Shown here in pieces: positions 54,975 through 63,691 of a DNA stretch of 64,000 bases. The notes beneath the pieces are model-generated. The model was given only the letters and a program-made list of their open reading frames with translations. It did no database searches and was not told where the DNA came from. The DNA lies in the IMG/VR virus record IMGVR_UViG_3300030419_008158, positions 220,430-284,429 of that record. One strand, written 5' to 3'. The translations under genes were made by a program, and so were the position numbers. How positions within the stretch are numbered: the first letter of the stretch is position 1; every line of letters starts with the position of its first letter.

Positions 54975-55303
54975 GATCTGTCCTTGTGATTTGGGTTGAT
55001 GACGCCCGTGTAGATTATAAGGGCGCCCATGCCCGCTTTGTGGATTTCGGCGCCCATCATGCGCTCAGCTTCCGCAGCGATATCCGGATCGTTTGTAAAG
55101 AAAATTAGTTCGCCACTGGGTTCATACTCACCATGTAGATGATTGTGTTCAGCCCAATCCATCCATTGTTGTTCTGAAGTGGCTTGGCGTGAAGAAGGAG
55201 ACGCACCTAGTTTGTGACCGCCTACCGATGCTGCTCCATGGCCGGTGTAGCCCTTAACGATCTCAGATATAATGCCCCTAAGTTGTCGCTTCGTGATTTT
55301 CAT
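54971..55303 (-). CDS. Class B leader cargo protein
   Basis: MKITKRQLRGIISE. Confidence 0.75.
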   Translation of the reverse strand: MKITKRQLRGIISEIVKGYTGHGAASVGGHKLGASPSSRQATSEQQWMDWAEHNHLHGEYEPSGELIFFTNDPDIAAEAERMMGAEIHKAGMGALIIYTGVINPNHKDRS

Positions 55304-55569
55304 TCTGTATATTCCGGATGCTCTAAGGCTTCGATCGCTGCTATCACTGCGTTCATAGATTCCTTATTGCCTGTGTTTCTCGCTAAAATAGAAAGCGCTT
55401 TCTTTAGGTGCGGAAGCGCCTCCGCCGGGTCGTGCCCACCAAAAAAACCCTCGGTGTCCAGCCTGGCTAGCCGCCTAGCTTCATCACGCTCGGCAGGTGT
55501 TACTTCAGAAAGCAACCTGGACCTCTCTTCTTTGATGATTCTTCTAAGACGACTTTTTGAAATTTTCAT
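55300..55569 (-). CDS. Class B leader cargo protein
   Basis: MKISKSRLRRIIKEERSRLLSE. Confidence 0.75.
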   Translation of the reverse strand: MKISKSRLRRIIKEERSRLLSEVTPAERDEARRLARLDTEGFFGGHDPAEALPHLKKALSILARNTGNKESMNAVIAAIEALEHPEYTE

Positions 55570-55580
55570 TTTAGATGTCC

Positions 55581-55871
55581 CTAGTCCAAATCAGCTAACA
55601 TGTATCGATACCCTATACTGTCCAAGAATTCACCAAAAACTTCAGTAACAGCGGCTACAGCCATTTCTTCAGCCTCTTCTTCCATAAGACCTTCTTCAGC
55701 TATGAAGTCATTAACAGCGTTTGTGTATAGATGCGTCATTAATGTTTTAGATCTTTCAGCCATGTTGTTGTCTATAAGCCCTCGTCCTCTCTCGCCGAGC
55801 GTCATCTCACTAAGGAGGCTGGCCTTCTCTTCTTTGATGATTCTTCGCAGTTGTCGTTTGGTAATTTTCAT
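55581..55871 (-). CDS. Class B leader cargo protein
   Basis: MKITKRQLRRIIKEEKASLLSE. Confidence 0.75.
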   Translation of the reverse strand: MKITKRQLRRIIKEEKASLLSEMTLGERGRGLIDNNMAERSKTLMTHLYTNAVNDFIAEEGLMEEEAEEMAVAAVTEVFGEFLDSIGYRYMLADLD

Positions 55872-56071
55872 TTTTCTAGCCTCTTGACACGTTTCAAAAG
55901 TTTCTGGATCCTAATCTCAAGTCCCTTATTTCTCTTCTCCACGGATTCAACTTGCTGCTCAAGAGCGTTGAGCCTGTACTCAGTTCCGTAGTAGAAGCCA
56001 CCGAAAGTGACTGCCAACCCACCGAGAAGGACCAACATCTTAAGATCAAGTTTCATCATGGACATACCCAC
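55868..56071 (-). CDS. Small TM + coiled-coil protein
   Basis: TM helix then heptad repeat; no leader. Confidence 0.6.
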   Translation of the reverse strand: MGMSMMKLDLKMLVLLGGLAVTFGGFYYGTEYRLNALEQQVESVEKRNKGLEIRIQKLLKRVKRLEK

Positions 56072-56484
56072 TTAGCCATCCTTTGTTGCCAGTATGGCTC
56101 AACAGTCTTTCCTGTTCTTCGATCTTTGCAACCCATTTCCTCGCCGGTAGGCTTTTTGTCTGCCCTGCTGGTGTCTACCCGACCTGAAGTGTCTATACCG
56201 GGCGTCCAGTACTCCTCGAGATCATCTTCTTTAAGCAGCGGCGCTGTATGAGCTAGATCATCAATTAGGCCTTCGTAGTCTTGAACGACAGCAAAATGGC
56301 CTAGGTCATCCATAAAGTCATCGTACAGTAGATTTTTAATCGCGCCGGCGTCGCCCATGGAGGCCAGAGCGGGATCAGAATGATAAGAAGCTGCTCTATC
56401 TGTTAGATATCTTACAACTTCTTCATGAGAAGCTGTAGCAGCTTCGCGAATGATTCTTCTAAGCTGTCTCTTTGTAATTCTCAT
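56056..56484 (-). CDS. Class B leader cargo protein
   Basis: MRITKRQLRRIIRE at ATG 56484; GATATTTA motif at 56512. Confidence 0.75.
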   Translation of the reverse strand: MRITKRQLRRIIREAATASHEEVVRYLTDRAASYHSDPALASMGDAGAIKNLLYDDFMDDLGHFAVVQDYEGLIDDLAHTAPLLKEDDLEEYWTPGIDTSGRVDTSRADKKPTGEEMGCKDRRTGKTVEPYWQQRMAKWVCP

Positions 56485-56510
56485 ATACACTCCTTTGGGC
56501 ACACTCAACA

Positions 56511-57548
56511 CTAAATATCATCATGTCTGGCATTATGATTGGTCATTCTTTCTAAAACATTTTCTACGATTCGTGCCTCATAAATCTTCTCTCTCTTGAA
56601 CTGTTTTAGATTTTTTCTAATTTTTCTCTGGAGCTTTTTTGTAAACTTTTCTTCTGGGTACTCTTCGTAATACTCTTTAAAATTGTCAGCGACCCCTACG
56701 GACTTCGCTATTTTCTGCATTTTATCAATATCTTGAGATTCTACTGCTTCTAGAGCGCTATCTATGCCGTATGTCTGTGCCAACCGCTCAGCAAACTCAT
56801 GCCCAAAAGCATCAATTTCAATATGTGATCCCAAATAATCTCTTCTGGGTGCTCCTTCGAGTGGAATAAGGCCCCAATCTTCAAGTTTCTTTTTTGCTTC
56901 CCCGCGGGAAACTCCCATGTCCCTGGAGATTGATGTGTACTGTCGATCATGCATAAGCTCATGTCGGATAGTTGCTGATATATCTTGGGCTATTTTGACA
57001 GGTTCAATTAGATTCTTGTCAAAGCTTTCATCAGCTGTTACTGCAAATAAAAGAAGAACGCCTCTGTCGCGGCCATCTAGGGCCATTTGTGCGCCGACAA
57101 CAAAGCGATTTGGGTTTGAATTATTTTGCAGCTTATTAGACCCACCTTTAATTCCTGTCTGGTCGATGCTTACGACATTAACTTCAATGGGAAGCCCTAT
57201 TTCTTTAAAGAATAAATCTAACGTGTCATCAAGTGACTCTGCTGCGTCTGTTTGCTCGACGGCGCCTAGAAATTTAGAGCTGTGAATCTCTGTGTATTCA
57301 TTATCCTCTAGATAAAACTTAGACGTCAACAGTGCATTTTCAATTCCACCATAAACATCGCGGCGGAGCGGAAGAGATTGTTCTCCTATTAAATGCATCT
57401 TCTTGTAATAGTCAGAAATTTTACGCAAAAACTTAGAGTCGTACTCATTTTCATTCCCTTCTCTGTCCAAAAACAGAGAGGTGGAACTTGCCTGGTCATA
57501 AGGCTGGTTCGAACGCATTTTATATTTTCTGCGATTGCTCTTTTTCAT
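56511..57548 (-). CDS. HExxH metallopeptidase-like protein
   Basis: IRHELMHDRQ...YL..HIEIDA, similar to 8613..9341. Confidence 0.6.
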   Translation of the reverse strand: MKKSNRRKYKMRSNQPYDQASSTSLFLDREGNENEYDSKFLRKISDYYKKMHLIGEQSLPLRRDVYGGIENALLTSKFYLEDNEYTEIHSSKFLGAVEQTDAAESLDDTLDLFFKEIGLPIEVNVVSIDQTGIKGGSNKLQNNSNPNRFVVGAQMALDGRDRGVLLLFAVTADESFDKNLIEPVKIAQDISATIRHELMHDRQYTSISRDMGVSRGEAKKKLEDWGLIPLEGAPRRDYLGSHIEIDAFGHEFAERLAQTYGIDSALEAVESQDIDKMQKIAKSVGVADNFKEYYEEYPEEKFTKKLQRKIRKNLKQFKREKIYEARIVENVLERMTNHNARHDDI

Positions 57549-57578
57549 AGATAGCTTTTAGAAGGTTCTTGGGTATTT

Positions 57579-57884
57579 CTAAGAAGTACCGCTGACTTCT
57601 GCTGCTGCCTTCTTGAGCAAGGGAATTACTTTGATAATTTCATCTCCTTGATCTAGCAAGCCAAGAAAAAGATCTGCAATTACTTTGTTTTGCTTTGCAT
57701 TTCTACCGGGTCCTGCTTTCATAGCAGCTGAAAGTACTGACTTGTTTACGTCTTTTCCCAACCCAAGCTTTGTAATAATTTTTTGCAACTCATCGGTTGC
57801 TTCTTCATCTTGCTCTATCAGATTATTTTCTACAAGATATTTTCTGACAGAGTCACGTAATTTTTCTTCTGTAATAGCAGGCAT
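57579..57884 (-). CDS. Protein with degenerate leader
   Basis: MPAITEEKLRDSVRKYLVE; GGAGG RBS; GATATTTA motif at 57910. Confidence 0.65.
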   Translation of the reverse strand: MPAITEEKLRDSVRKYLVENNLIEQDEEATDELQKIITKLGLGKDVNKSVLSAAMKAGPGRNAKQNKVIADLFLGLLDQGDEIIKVIPLLKKAAAEVSGTS

Positions 57885-57915
57885 TTGTCCCCTCCGTGCA
57901 TTGTGATTGTAAATA

Positions 57916-58854
57916 TCATGCTGCGGCTTGAAAATTCTTCTTTTCAAAGTCGAACAAGTACTTAAATACAGCTTTCTCTTTTGCTTTGGCTTCCATGGCA
58001 ACATCTACTGACTTGCCGCAAGAATTAAAGGGTTTATAATAGTAATCAGAATGTGCTGCTACAGACCTACACGTAGGATCTTCATACTTTTTCTTGCTGT
58101 TTGAGTGATGACACATTGGCCTTATACCAGCAGGCCATGTATCGTAAGCCATCAGAAATGCCTCTTCGTAAGATGTATCCTGGGGCCCGCATTCAAAATG
58201 ATGCGAATCAAAAACAATCGGCACACCCAGGCGTTTGTATACTGAGTCGTATAGCATTTTAGTTGAGTACAAATTTGGCCTGTCGTCATTTTCGACAGTA
58301 AGTCGACTGCGAACATTTTCAGGAAGTTTTTCAAAATTTCGACACCATGTGTCTAAAGCTTTTTCTCTATCACCATACGAAGCACCAATGTGAATGTTAA
58401 TCTTGGCATTGTGATTCATGGGCATGCCCATCATGTCCATCTGATCGCCGTGAATGCTTAGATCTTTTACACAATTTGAAACTACATACTCTTTGGGAGA
58501 TGCCAGGCAATTGAAAGGTCCCGGATGAAAAGAAAGACGCTGGCCTGTTTTATGAGCAAAGTCTCCGACCTTTCTTAAATTTTCTCTAATTTGCTCAATA
58601 TTGGGAAGCTGGTGCCACTCATATTCGCTAGCCCAAGGAAATAAATTAGATGTAATTCGAAAAACTTCAAAGCCGTTTGCAGAATTCCACTCTAAGATAC
58701 GCAGAAGGTCTTCTGTGTTATCAAGAGCAAGTTTTGAGGTGTAACCTAAGCCCTTAGCTTTAAATGTCTTCTGCCTCATTGTACGACTTGTAAAGACACC
58801 TTCATTTTTTTGAAGCTCAAGATTAATACAACAGTATCCAAATCGATTCGACAT
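57916..58854 (-). CDS. uvsE: UV damage endonuclease UvsE/UVDE
   Basis: FGYCCIN, FRITS.LFPW, SFHPG, NIHIG, VENDD, VFDSHH, AHSDY, MEAKAKE. Confidence 0.9.
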   Translation of the reverse strand: MSNRFGYCCINLELQKNEGVFTSRTMRQKTFKAKGLGYTSKLALDNTEDLLRILEWNSANGFEVFRITSNLFPWASEYEWHQLPNIEQIRENLRKVGDFAHKTGQRLSFHPGPFNCLASPKEYVVSNCVKDLSIHGDQMDMMGMPMNHNAKINIHIGASYGDREKALDTWCRNFEKLPENVRSRLTVENDDRPNLYSTKMLYDSVYKRLGVPIVFDSHHFECGPQDTSYEEAFLMAYDTWPAGIRPMCHHSNSKKKYEDPTCRSVAAHSDYYYKPFNSCGKSVDVAMEAKAKEKAVFKYLFDFEKKNFQAAA

Positions 58855-58935
58855 GTCCTTGCTCCTTGTAGGTACTTCAGAATTATATCATACTTAGTCT
58901 AAACAATACACAAAACTGGCAAAACAGACGAAGAA

Positions 58936-59205
58936 ATGAAAACAAAAATCAAAATTTTACTGTCGACTTTATTTATATTTTTTCTTAGTATTACAGTCAC
59001 TTCAAGTACTCATGCAAAACCGCCAAGAGCAACAAAATCAAAATTTTATGATTTCAGTGAACAACTAATTGATGGGCAAATAAAAAAACCCACCAACCTC
59101 TATATTGACACTAGGTCCAAAGTTAAATTTGAGAGGCTACTTCGACTCAAGAAATCTTTCTTGCCTAAACTATTTGACACTGCAAGAGAAAAGGTGTTCA
59201 AGTAG
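58936..59205 (+). CDS. Secreted protein resembling myxobacterial gliding protein CglF/GltF
   Basis: Signal peptide, then YDFSEQLIDGQIKKP...Y...R.K.KF..L..L..SFLPKL. Confidence 0.55.
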   Translation: MKTKIKILLSTLFIFFLSITVTSSTHAKPPRATKSKFYDFSEQLIDGQIKKPTNLYIDTRSKVKFERLLRLKKSFLPKLFDTAREKVFK

Positions 59206-59323
59206 GCTATTTTCTGCGTTTTTTGATCAAATTTGAAATAGCACAATAACACACAAAGTCAATGACAACTCCGAGCACTACACACCCAGCTAACACAGCT
59301 AATAATGACATATAATATTTTCT

Positions 59324-59944
59324 CTAGTCGTAGTACGAAGTTGTTCTCTTGACTGACTTGCGGCGCTTTCTCAAAGTTGCGCCGCCCTTCTCTAACACCT
59401 TGATAACCTTGTCGATAGTTGTTCCGGCCGCTTTTGCGCCCCTTTCGTCTACTACGAAGGTTGAATGACCTAAAGGCATTGTGCCCCACGGGGTTTCACT
59501 ATCTTCAATTTGGAAAGCTACAATCTTGCCACCCCTGCGAATAGGCTGGTAGGTCAAGTACGCTACCTCACGATCCTCGAGGCCGTCATCTATTGCTTTG
59601 AGTTCTTTTATGTTGGGCGACTTAGAAATGTTTGCTTTTCGCTCGGTGTCTTGTGCATCGGTGATCGCATAGCTGATAAGTTCAAGATCCGGGTATGGTG
59701 TAACCCCTAAGTCTGCAAGTGTGCCCCTGTCGTCTTCGTAAAAAGCATCTGCCTGATCTAAACCGTACTCGTCAATAAAAACCTGCGCAACTTTTTTGTG
59801 GTCAGCATTGCTCATTTTTGAAGGGTCTTTCGGGAGCGCAGCAACAAGCTTTTTCTCCCATGCATCCATCTCAGCCTGGCGTTCTTTCCAGGATTTTACT
59901 TGTTCTTTGATGATTCTTCTTAGATGGTTCTTAGTAACTCTCAT
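59324..59944 (-). CDS. Class B leader cargo protein
   Basis: MRVTKNHLRRIIKEQ. Confidence 0.75.
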   Translation of the reverse strand: MRVTKNHLRRIIKEQVKSWKERQAEMDAWEKKLVAALPKDPSKMSNADHKKVAQVFIDEYGLDQADAFYEDDRGTLADLGVTPYPDLELISYAITDAQDTERKANISKSPNIKELKAIDDGLEDREVAYLTYQPIRRGGKIVAFQIEDSETPWGTMPLGHSTFVVDERGAKAAGTTIDKVIKVLEKGGATLRKRRKSVKRTTSYYD

Positions 59945-60215
59945 AATCTAACACCCTCAAAACTTCTCGATGATCATCGTCAGTAATGTCATTTTTAGAC
60001 AGCTCTTCGATTATTGCTCTAATAACTGATCTTGCACCCAGCTTTCTAATTGCACTAACATACGCATCCTCAACGTCGATCTGCTTGAATTCTTCTCTTG
60101 GTTGGAATTTACCTCCACCTATAGCACCCATGATATCAGGTATGTCGGGCTGTTCCATAAGCTTAGCCTTCTCTTCTTTGATGATTCTTCTTAGTTGTCT
60201 TTTTGTGATTTTCAT
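59931..60215 (-). CDS. Class B leader cargo protein
   Basis: MKITKRQLRRIIKEEKAKLME. Confidence 0.75.
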   Translation of the reverse strand: MKITKRQLRRIIKEEKAKLMEQPDIPDIMGAIGGGKFQPREEFKQIDVEDAYVSAIRKLGARSVIRAIIEELSKNDITDDDHREVLRVLDYESY

Positions 60216-60589
60216 TAGAATCTCCACCCTGCGTCTGGTGACCATGATACTGGTATCTCAACATAGCCACTCGCCATTTGCTTTTCTATCTTGTCAATCA
60301 TAGCGTCACCAAGAGCACCAGGAACCCTTTGGCCGGATGCGATGTAAAGTGCGCTAGGCACAAAGTCAAGCTCTGTCTCGCCTCCACTCACTAGAAGGGA
60401 ATCGCCAGTGGGGCTCAATGTTATCGTGGTCTTGTAGCCCCGCTTCGAAGTTTGCTGGCTCCTTCCGAGGTACTTGTTTCCTGCCGCGGCAGGTTGTGCT
60501 TCAAACGAATCACCAGGTATCATACGGATGGGCTCATCATCCATGGCTTCTATAATGATTCTTCTAAGTTGTCTTTTTGTGATTTTCAT
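60215..60589 (-). CDS. Class B leader cargo protein
   Basis: MKITKRQLRRIIIE. Confidence 0.75.
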   Translation of the reverse strand: MKITKRQLRRIIIEAMDDEPIRMIPGDSFEAQPAAAGNKYLGRSQQTSKRGYKTTITLSPTGDSLLVSGGETELDFVPSALYIASGQRVPGALGDAMIDKIEKQMASGYVEIPVSWSPDAGWRF

Positions 60590-60915
60590 TAGTATCTCCC
60601 CGGGGCTCTGTAGCTTGACTTCTGCTTAGAATACAGGTCGTGAATCTGTTGATATACGTCAAGAGGCCAGTTGATTGCCTGACCGCTGTCATCTCGGTAT
60701 CCACCGCTGTGAATCTCGACCTCTTCTTTCATGTCAGCAGCATCACCTTCGAATTCGTAGAACGCTGTAGACAAAGCATCTGTGACACCGCCGTAAGATC
60801 TGGTTACGCCGAGCTTCTTAAGCATTGTCTTGAGACCACGTGGGTCGACACCTTCGTTCAACAGACTGATTTCTTCCTTGATGATTCTTCTTAGTTGTCT
60901 TTCTGTGATTTTCAT
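60589..60915 (-). CDS. Class B leader cargo protein
   Basis: MKITERQLRRIIKEEISLLNE. Confidence 0.75.
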   Translation of the reverse strand: MKITERQLRRIIKEEISLLNEGVDPRGLKTMLKKLGVTRSYGGVTDALSTAFYEFEGDAADMKEEVEIHSGGYRDDSGQAINWPLDVYQQIHDLYSKQKSSYRAPGRY

Positions 60916-60920
60916 AGTTT

Positions 60921-61142
60921 TTACCTTTTCGTGCCTTCTATTTCATCAGCAATATCTCGAAGTGCACTAGCTTTTTCATTCGAACGTCTAAGTCCGTAGT
61001 GTGCTAATAAAATAAAAATAGCCTTAGTAAGACCAAGCGTCAGCAATGAAGACAAATCTTCTTTCAGCAGTGTATCTGGCATTTGTTTGTCTTTGACACT
61101 TTCTGCAATAATTTTTCTCAGCTGTGATCTAGTAATCTTCAC
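60921..61142 (-). CDS. Class B leader cargo protein
   Basis: GTG 61142 VKITRSQLRKIIAE. Confidence 0.7.
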   Translation of the reverse strand: MKITRSQLRKIIAESVKDKQMPDTLLKEDLSSLLTLGLTKAIFILLAHYGLRRSNEKASALRDIADEIEGTKR

Positions 61143-61350
61143 CGACACCCCTTTTATTTTCAGCAAACGGAACAAACTCTCCTTTGCAATTGTAAATTCC
61201 CCACTTCTTGCTGTAGACTTTCTTGATAATTCTATTCAGCTTTTTCGCTGACAAGCTGTTCTTTTTAGATGCTTTTTGTTTGGGATCAATTCCTGCCCAC
61301 TTGTAATGTTCCGCTGGAATATTGATCGGAGATATCTTTTCAACTTTCAC
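61129..61350 (-). CDS. Small basic protein with degenerate internal leader
   Basis: LSAKKLNRIIKK. Confidence 0.55.
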   Translation of the reverse strand: MKVEKISPINIPAEHYKWAGIDPKQKASKKNSLSAKKLNRIIKKVYSKKWGIYNCKGEFVPFAENKRGVGEDY

Positions 61351-61589
61351 TTAGCAGCCTCATCTTTAGATTTTTTACTCCATTCCTCCTCAGGTAGAAA
61401 CTTCTCTATCTTAAACTTGAGAATGGACTTTCCGTTGATTGTAGGATGACCATCATCGTCTTCTCCTATTTTATTCACGATTGTTCGCTTGTTTTTGAAC
61501 TTACCTGTCAAAATGACATCTCCCTTCTCGATATTGAGAATGATGGCTTCTCTGATGATTCTCCTTAGATGTCGTTTTGTGATTTTCAA
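61347..61589 (-). CDS. Class B leader cargo protein
   Basis: MKITKRHLRRIIRE. Confidence 0.75.
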   Translation of the reverse strand: MKITKRHLRRIIREAIILNIEKGDVILTGKFKNKRTIVNKIGEDDDGHPTINGKSILKFKIEKFLPEEEWSKKSKDEAAK

Positions 61590-61590
61590 T

Positions 61591-61743
61591 TTACTCTTCT
61601 TTGTTCCAAGATGCTTCGGGATCTTCCATCATGTCAATCATGCTCTTTTCGAATCCTCTGGCAGCTATCCATGCACCCAGAATCATTCCAGTACCAATAC
61701 ACCCTATGAACAACAAGCCGACAAAAATTGAATCCCACGTCAT
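61591..61743 (-). CDS. Small single-TM protein (50 aa)
   Basis: Below cutoff: MTWDSIFVGLLFIGCIGTGMILGAWIAARG... Confidence 0.55.
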   Translation of the reverse strand: MTWDSIFVGLLFIGCIGTGMILGAWIAARGFEKSMIDMMEDPEASWNKEE

Positions 61744-61810
61744 TTTTTATTGCCTTTTTTGCCCGGAAAGGGTGACAAACCCTTGAGAAGTGCCTGCCAA
61801 AACGTAATCA

Positions 61811-62152
61811 TCAATCCAAGCTCCACAACATTAAAGTGCCCGGGTCGTTCCACTCTGGAGCAAACCCATAATTGTCAATAACGAACGCCTCAAAATCAGG
61901 GTGTACACCAAATATATAGGGATCCGAGTTTATATAGTAATCAAAGAGAGGCAAGCCGTCCTCAGCCTCAGGAACATTGCTTTCAGCATCGAGCCACACT
62001 CCTCCGGGAGTACCGTCAAATTCTTCAGTGGTTCTCACCCTGAGTCCGTATTTAGACTCAAGGGCGTCCATGAGCTCGTCTCTTTTGTCAACAGACATGG
62101 ATTCCAGCTCTTCTTTAATAATTCGTCTAAGTTGTCGTTGTGTGATTTTCAT
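61811..62152 (-). CDS. Class B leader cargo protein
   Basis: MKITQRQLRRIIKEELE. Confidence 0.75.
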   Translation of the reverse strand: MKITQRQLRRIIKEELESMSVDKRDELMDALESKYGLRVRTTEEFDGTPGGVWLDAESNVPEAEDGLPLFDYYINSDPYIFGVHPDFEAFVIDNYGFAPEWNDPGTLMLWSLD

Positions 62153-62466
62153 CAAACACCTCGCTTCTTCATATCATGTGCCAAGTCTGACATTTCTTCA
62201 GCGGCATCCATCAAAAGCTCTTCTAGTTTATCATATCTGGAAGTGCCGAATTTGTTACCGTCATCAAGCCACTCCGGAGGTATAGATTTTATTTTTCGAT
62301 ATTCAAAGAACATTTTGTCCAGCGCTGATCTCATGGCTTCAACCCTGTCGACCTCACCCTGATTGAGAGTCTGCTGTCTAACATCTTCTCCAGCCCGAAT
62401 CTCATTTACAAGCTTACCCTTCTCTTCTTTAACAATTCTTCTAAGTTGTTTCTTTGTGATTTTCAT
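62152..62466 (-). CDS. Class B leader cargo protein
   Basis: MKITKKQLRRIVKEEKGKLVNE. Confidence 0.75.
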   Translation of the reverse strand: MKITKKQLRRIVKEEKGKLVNEIRAGEDVRQQTLNQGEVDRVEAMRSALDKMFFEYRKIKSIPPEWLDDGNKFGTSRYDKLEELLMDAAEEMSDLAHDMKKRGV

Positions 62467-62469
62467 AAA

Positions 62470-62733
62470 CTACCGGCCTTTCATAATATTATGCTTAGTT
62501 ATAAAGTCATTAGCCCAAGCAGCCAGGCTATCGCTATCAGAGAAGAAGTCTTCGCCCAGAGCTTCTACTTCAGCAGCTAAATTGAATAACTTGCCGGCGA
62601 TGCTTTGAGGAGTGATCACTTTGCCTTGGTGGGTGCGTTCGAGCGGCCCGGGATCTGATCCTTCCAGCGCTTCGTTAAGCTTCGCCTTCTCTTCTCTAAT
62701 GATTTGTCTAAGTTGTTTGTCTGTGATTCTCAC
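62470..62733 (-). CDS. Class B leader cargo protein
   Basis: VRITDKQLRQIIREEKAKLNE. Confidence 0.75.
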   Translation of the reverse strand: MRITDKQLRQIIREEKAKLNEALEGSDPGPLERTHQGKVITPQSIAGKLFNLAAEVEALGEDFFSDSDSLAAWANDFITKHNIMKGR

Positions 62734-63413
62734 TTCTTTTTACCCTTCTTTTTCTTTTTCTTGGACTTTTTCACAACTGCCCAAGGCTTTGAAGGCGTCG
62801 CAGAATTAACTCTTGCATGTGCCCATTGGTGCTGTGACATACCTTTCCTGGAGCCAGATGAAGCCCAGGCTGCTAGACCTTTCTTGAACTCTGCATAGAC
62901 AGAACTTGGGGTGAGACCTCTCTTTTCTGCCTTCTTCTTTAGCGTCGCCTTGGTCTTTGCACTGAGCTCCTCGGAAAGAAGATTTCGAATCACTTCTCGG
63001 AGATCGGCCTCGGTCATTCTCATGTGGTGAGACTCTTTTTTAGTGTCTTTGCGAGGCTTGTTCTTAAATCCCTTTTTGGATCTTTCCTTCTTTTCCATTC
63101 TTTCTCGACGTCGATAAGCTCGAGCAATTCTCTCAGGATCTCCGCTTGCTAGGTCCTCTTTTGTTTTGTCTAGACCTTTGTCTCTTGGGCTGCCTTGTGG
63201 CGCACCGTACTGCTTTGGGTGTGGAGTATCAGATTCTTCCATACCGTGGTGAGCTTCTTTCTTACTCTTTTTGGATTTATTAATAATCCCTTTCTGAAGA
63301 TGGTCAGGTAGCTTATCTTGATCACCCTTTAGGGCTGGATCGTCGTCGTATTTTTCAGTAGACTTAGCTTCCTCTCTGATTATTCTTCTTAGTTTCTGCT
63401 TAGTCATTTTCAT
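62730..63413 (-). CDS. Class B leader polyprotein, very basic; C-module KGLAAW..SG.R......WA.ARVNS
   Basis: MKMTKQKLRRIIREE; KKE|SHHMRMTEADLREVIRNLLSEE. Confidence 0.75.
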   Translation of the reverse strand: MKMTKQKLRRIIREEAKSTEKYDDDPALKGDQDKLPDHLQKGIINKSKKSKKEAHHGMEESDTPHPKQYGAPQGSPRDKGLDKTKEDLASGDPERIARAYRRRERMEKKERSKKGFKNKPRKDTKKESHHMRMTEADLREVIRNLLSEELSAKTKATLKKKAEKRGLTPSSVYAEFKKGLAAWASSGSRKGMSQHQWAHARVNSATPSKPWAVVKKSKKKKKKGKKK

Positions 63414-63414
63414 C

Positions 63415-63690
63415 TTATTTTCCTTGCCTATACGCTTTATCTGCCTGGGAACCGACAGGAGCCATAAGTTTCTTTAATTGGTTAGAAAAAGAAAAGAAAG
63501 GATGACCGAACTCCTCGTATGCTGGATCACGTTCAGAGTACTTTACAATTTCTTCTGCAATCATTTGCGCTTTTTGAAGGTGATCAAGCATCAAATACAT
63601 CTCATCGAGAGGATTATATTCATATGCTTCTTGTAGCTTCGCCTTCTCTTCTTTGATGATTCTTTTTAGTTGTCTTTTGGTGATTCTCAT
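63415..63690 (-). CDS. Class B leader cargo protein
   Basis: MRITKRQLKRIIKEEKAKLQE. Confidence 0.75.
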   Translation of the reverse strand: MRITKRQLKRIIKEEKAKLQEAYEYNPLDEMYLMLDHLQKAQMIAEEIVKYSERDPAYEEFGHPFFSFSNQLKKLMAPVGSQADKAYRQGK

Positions 63691-63691
63691 C

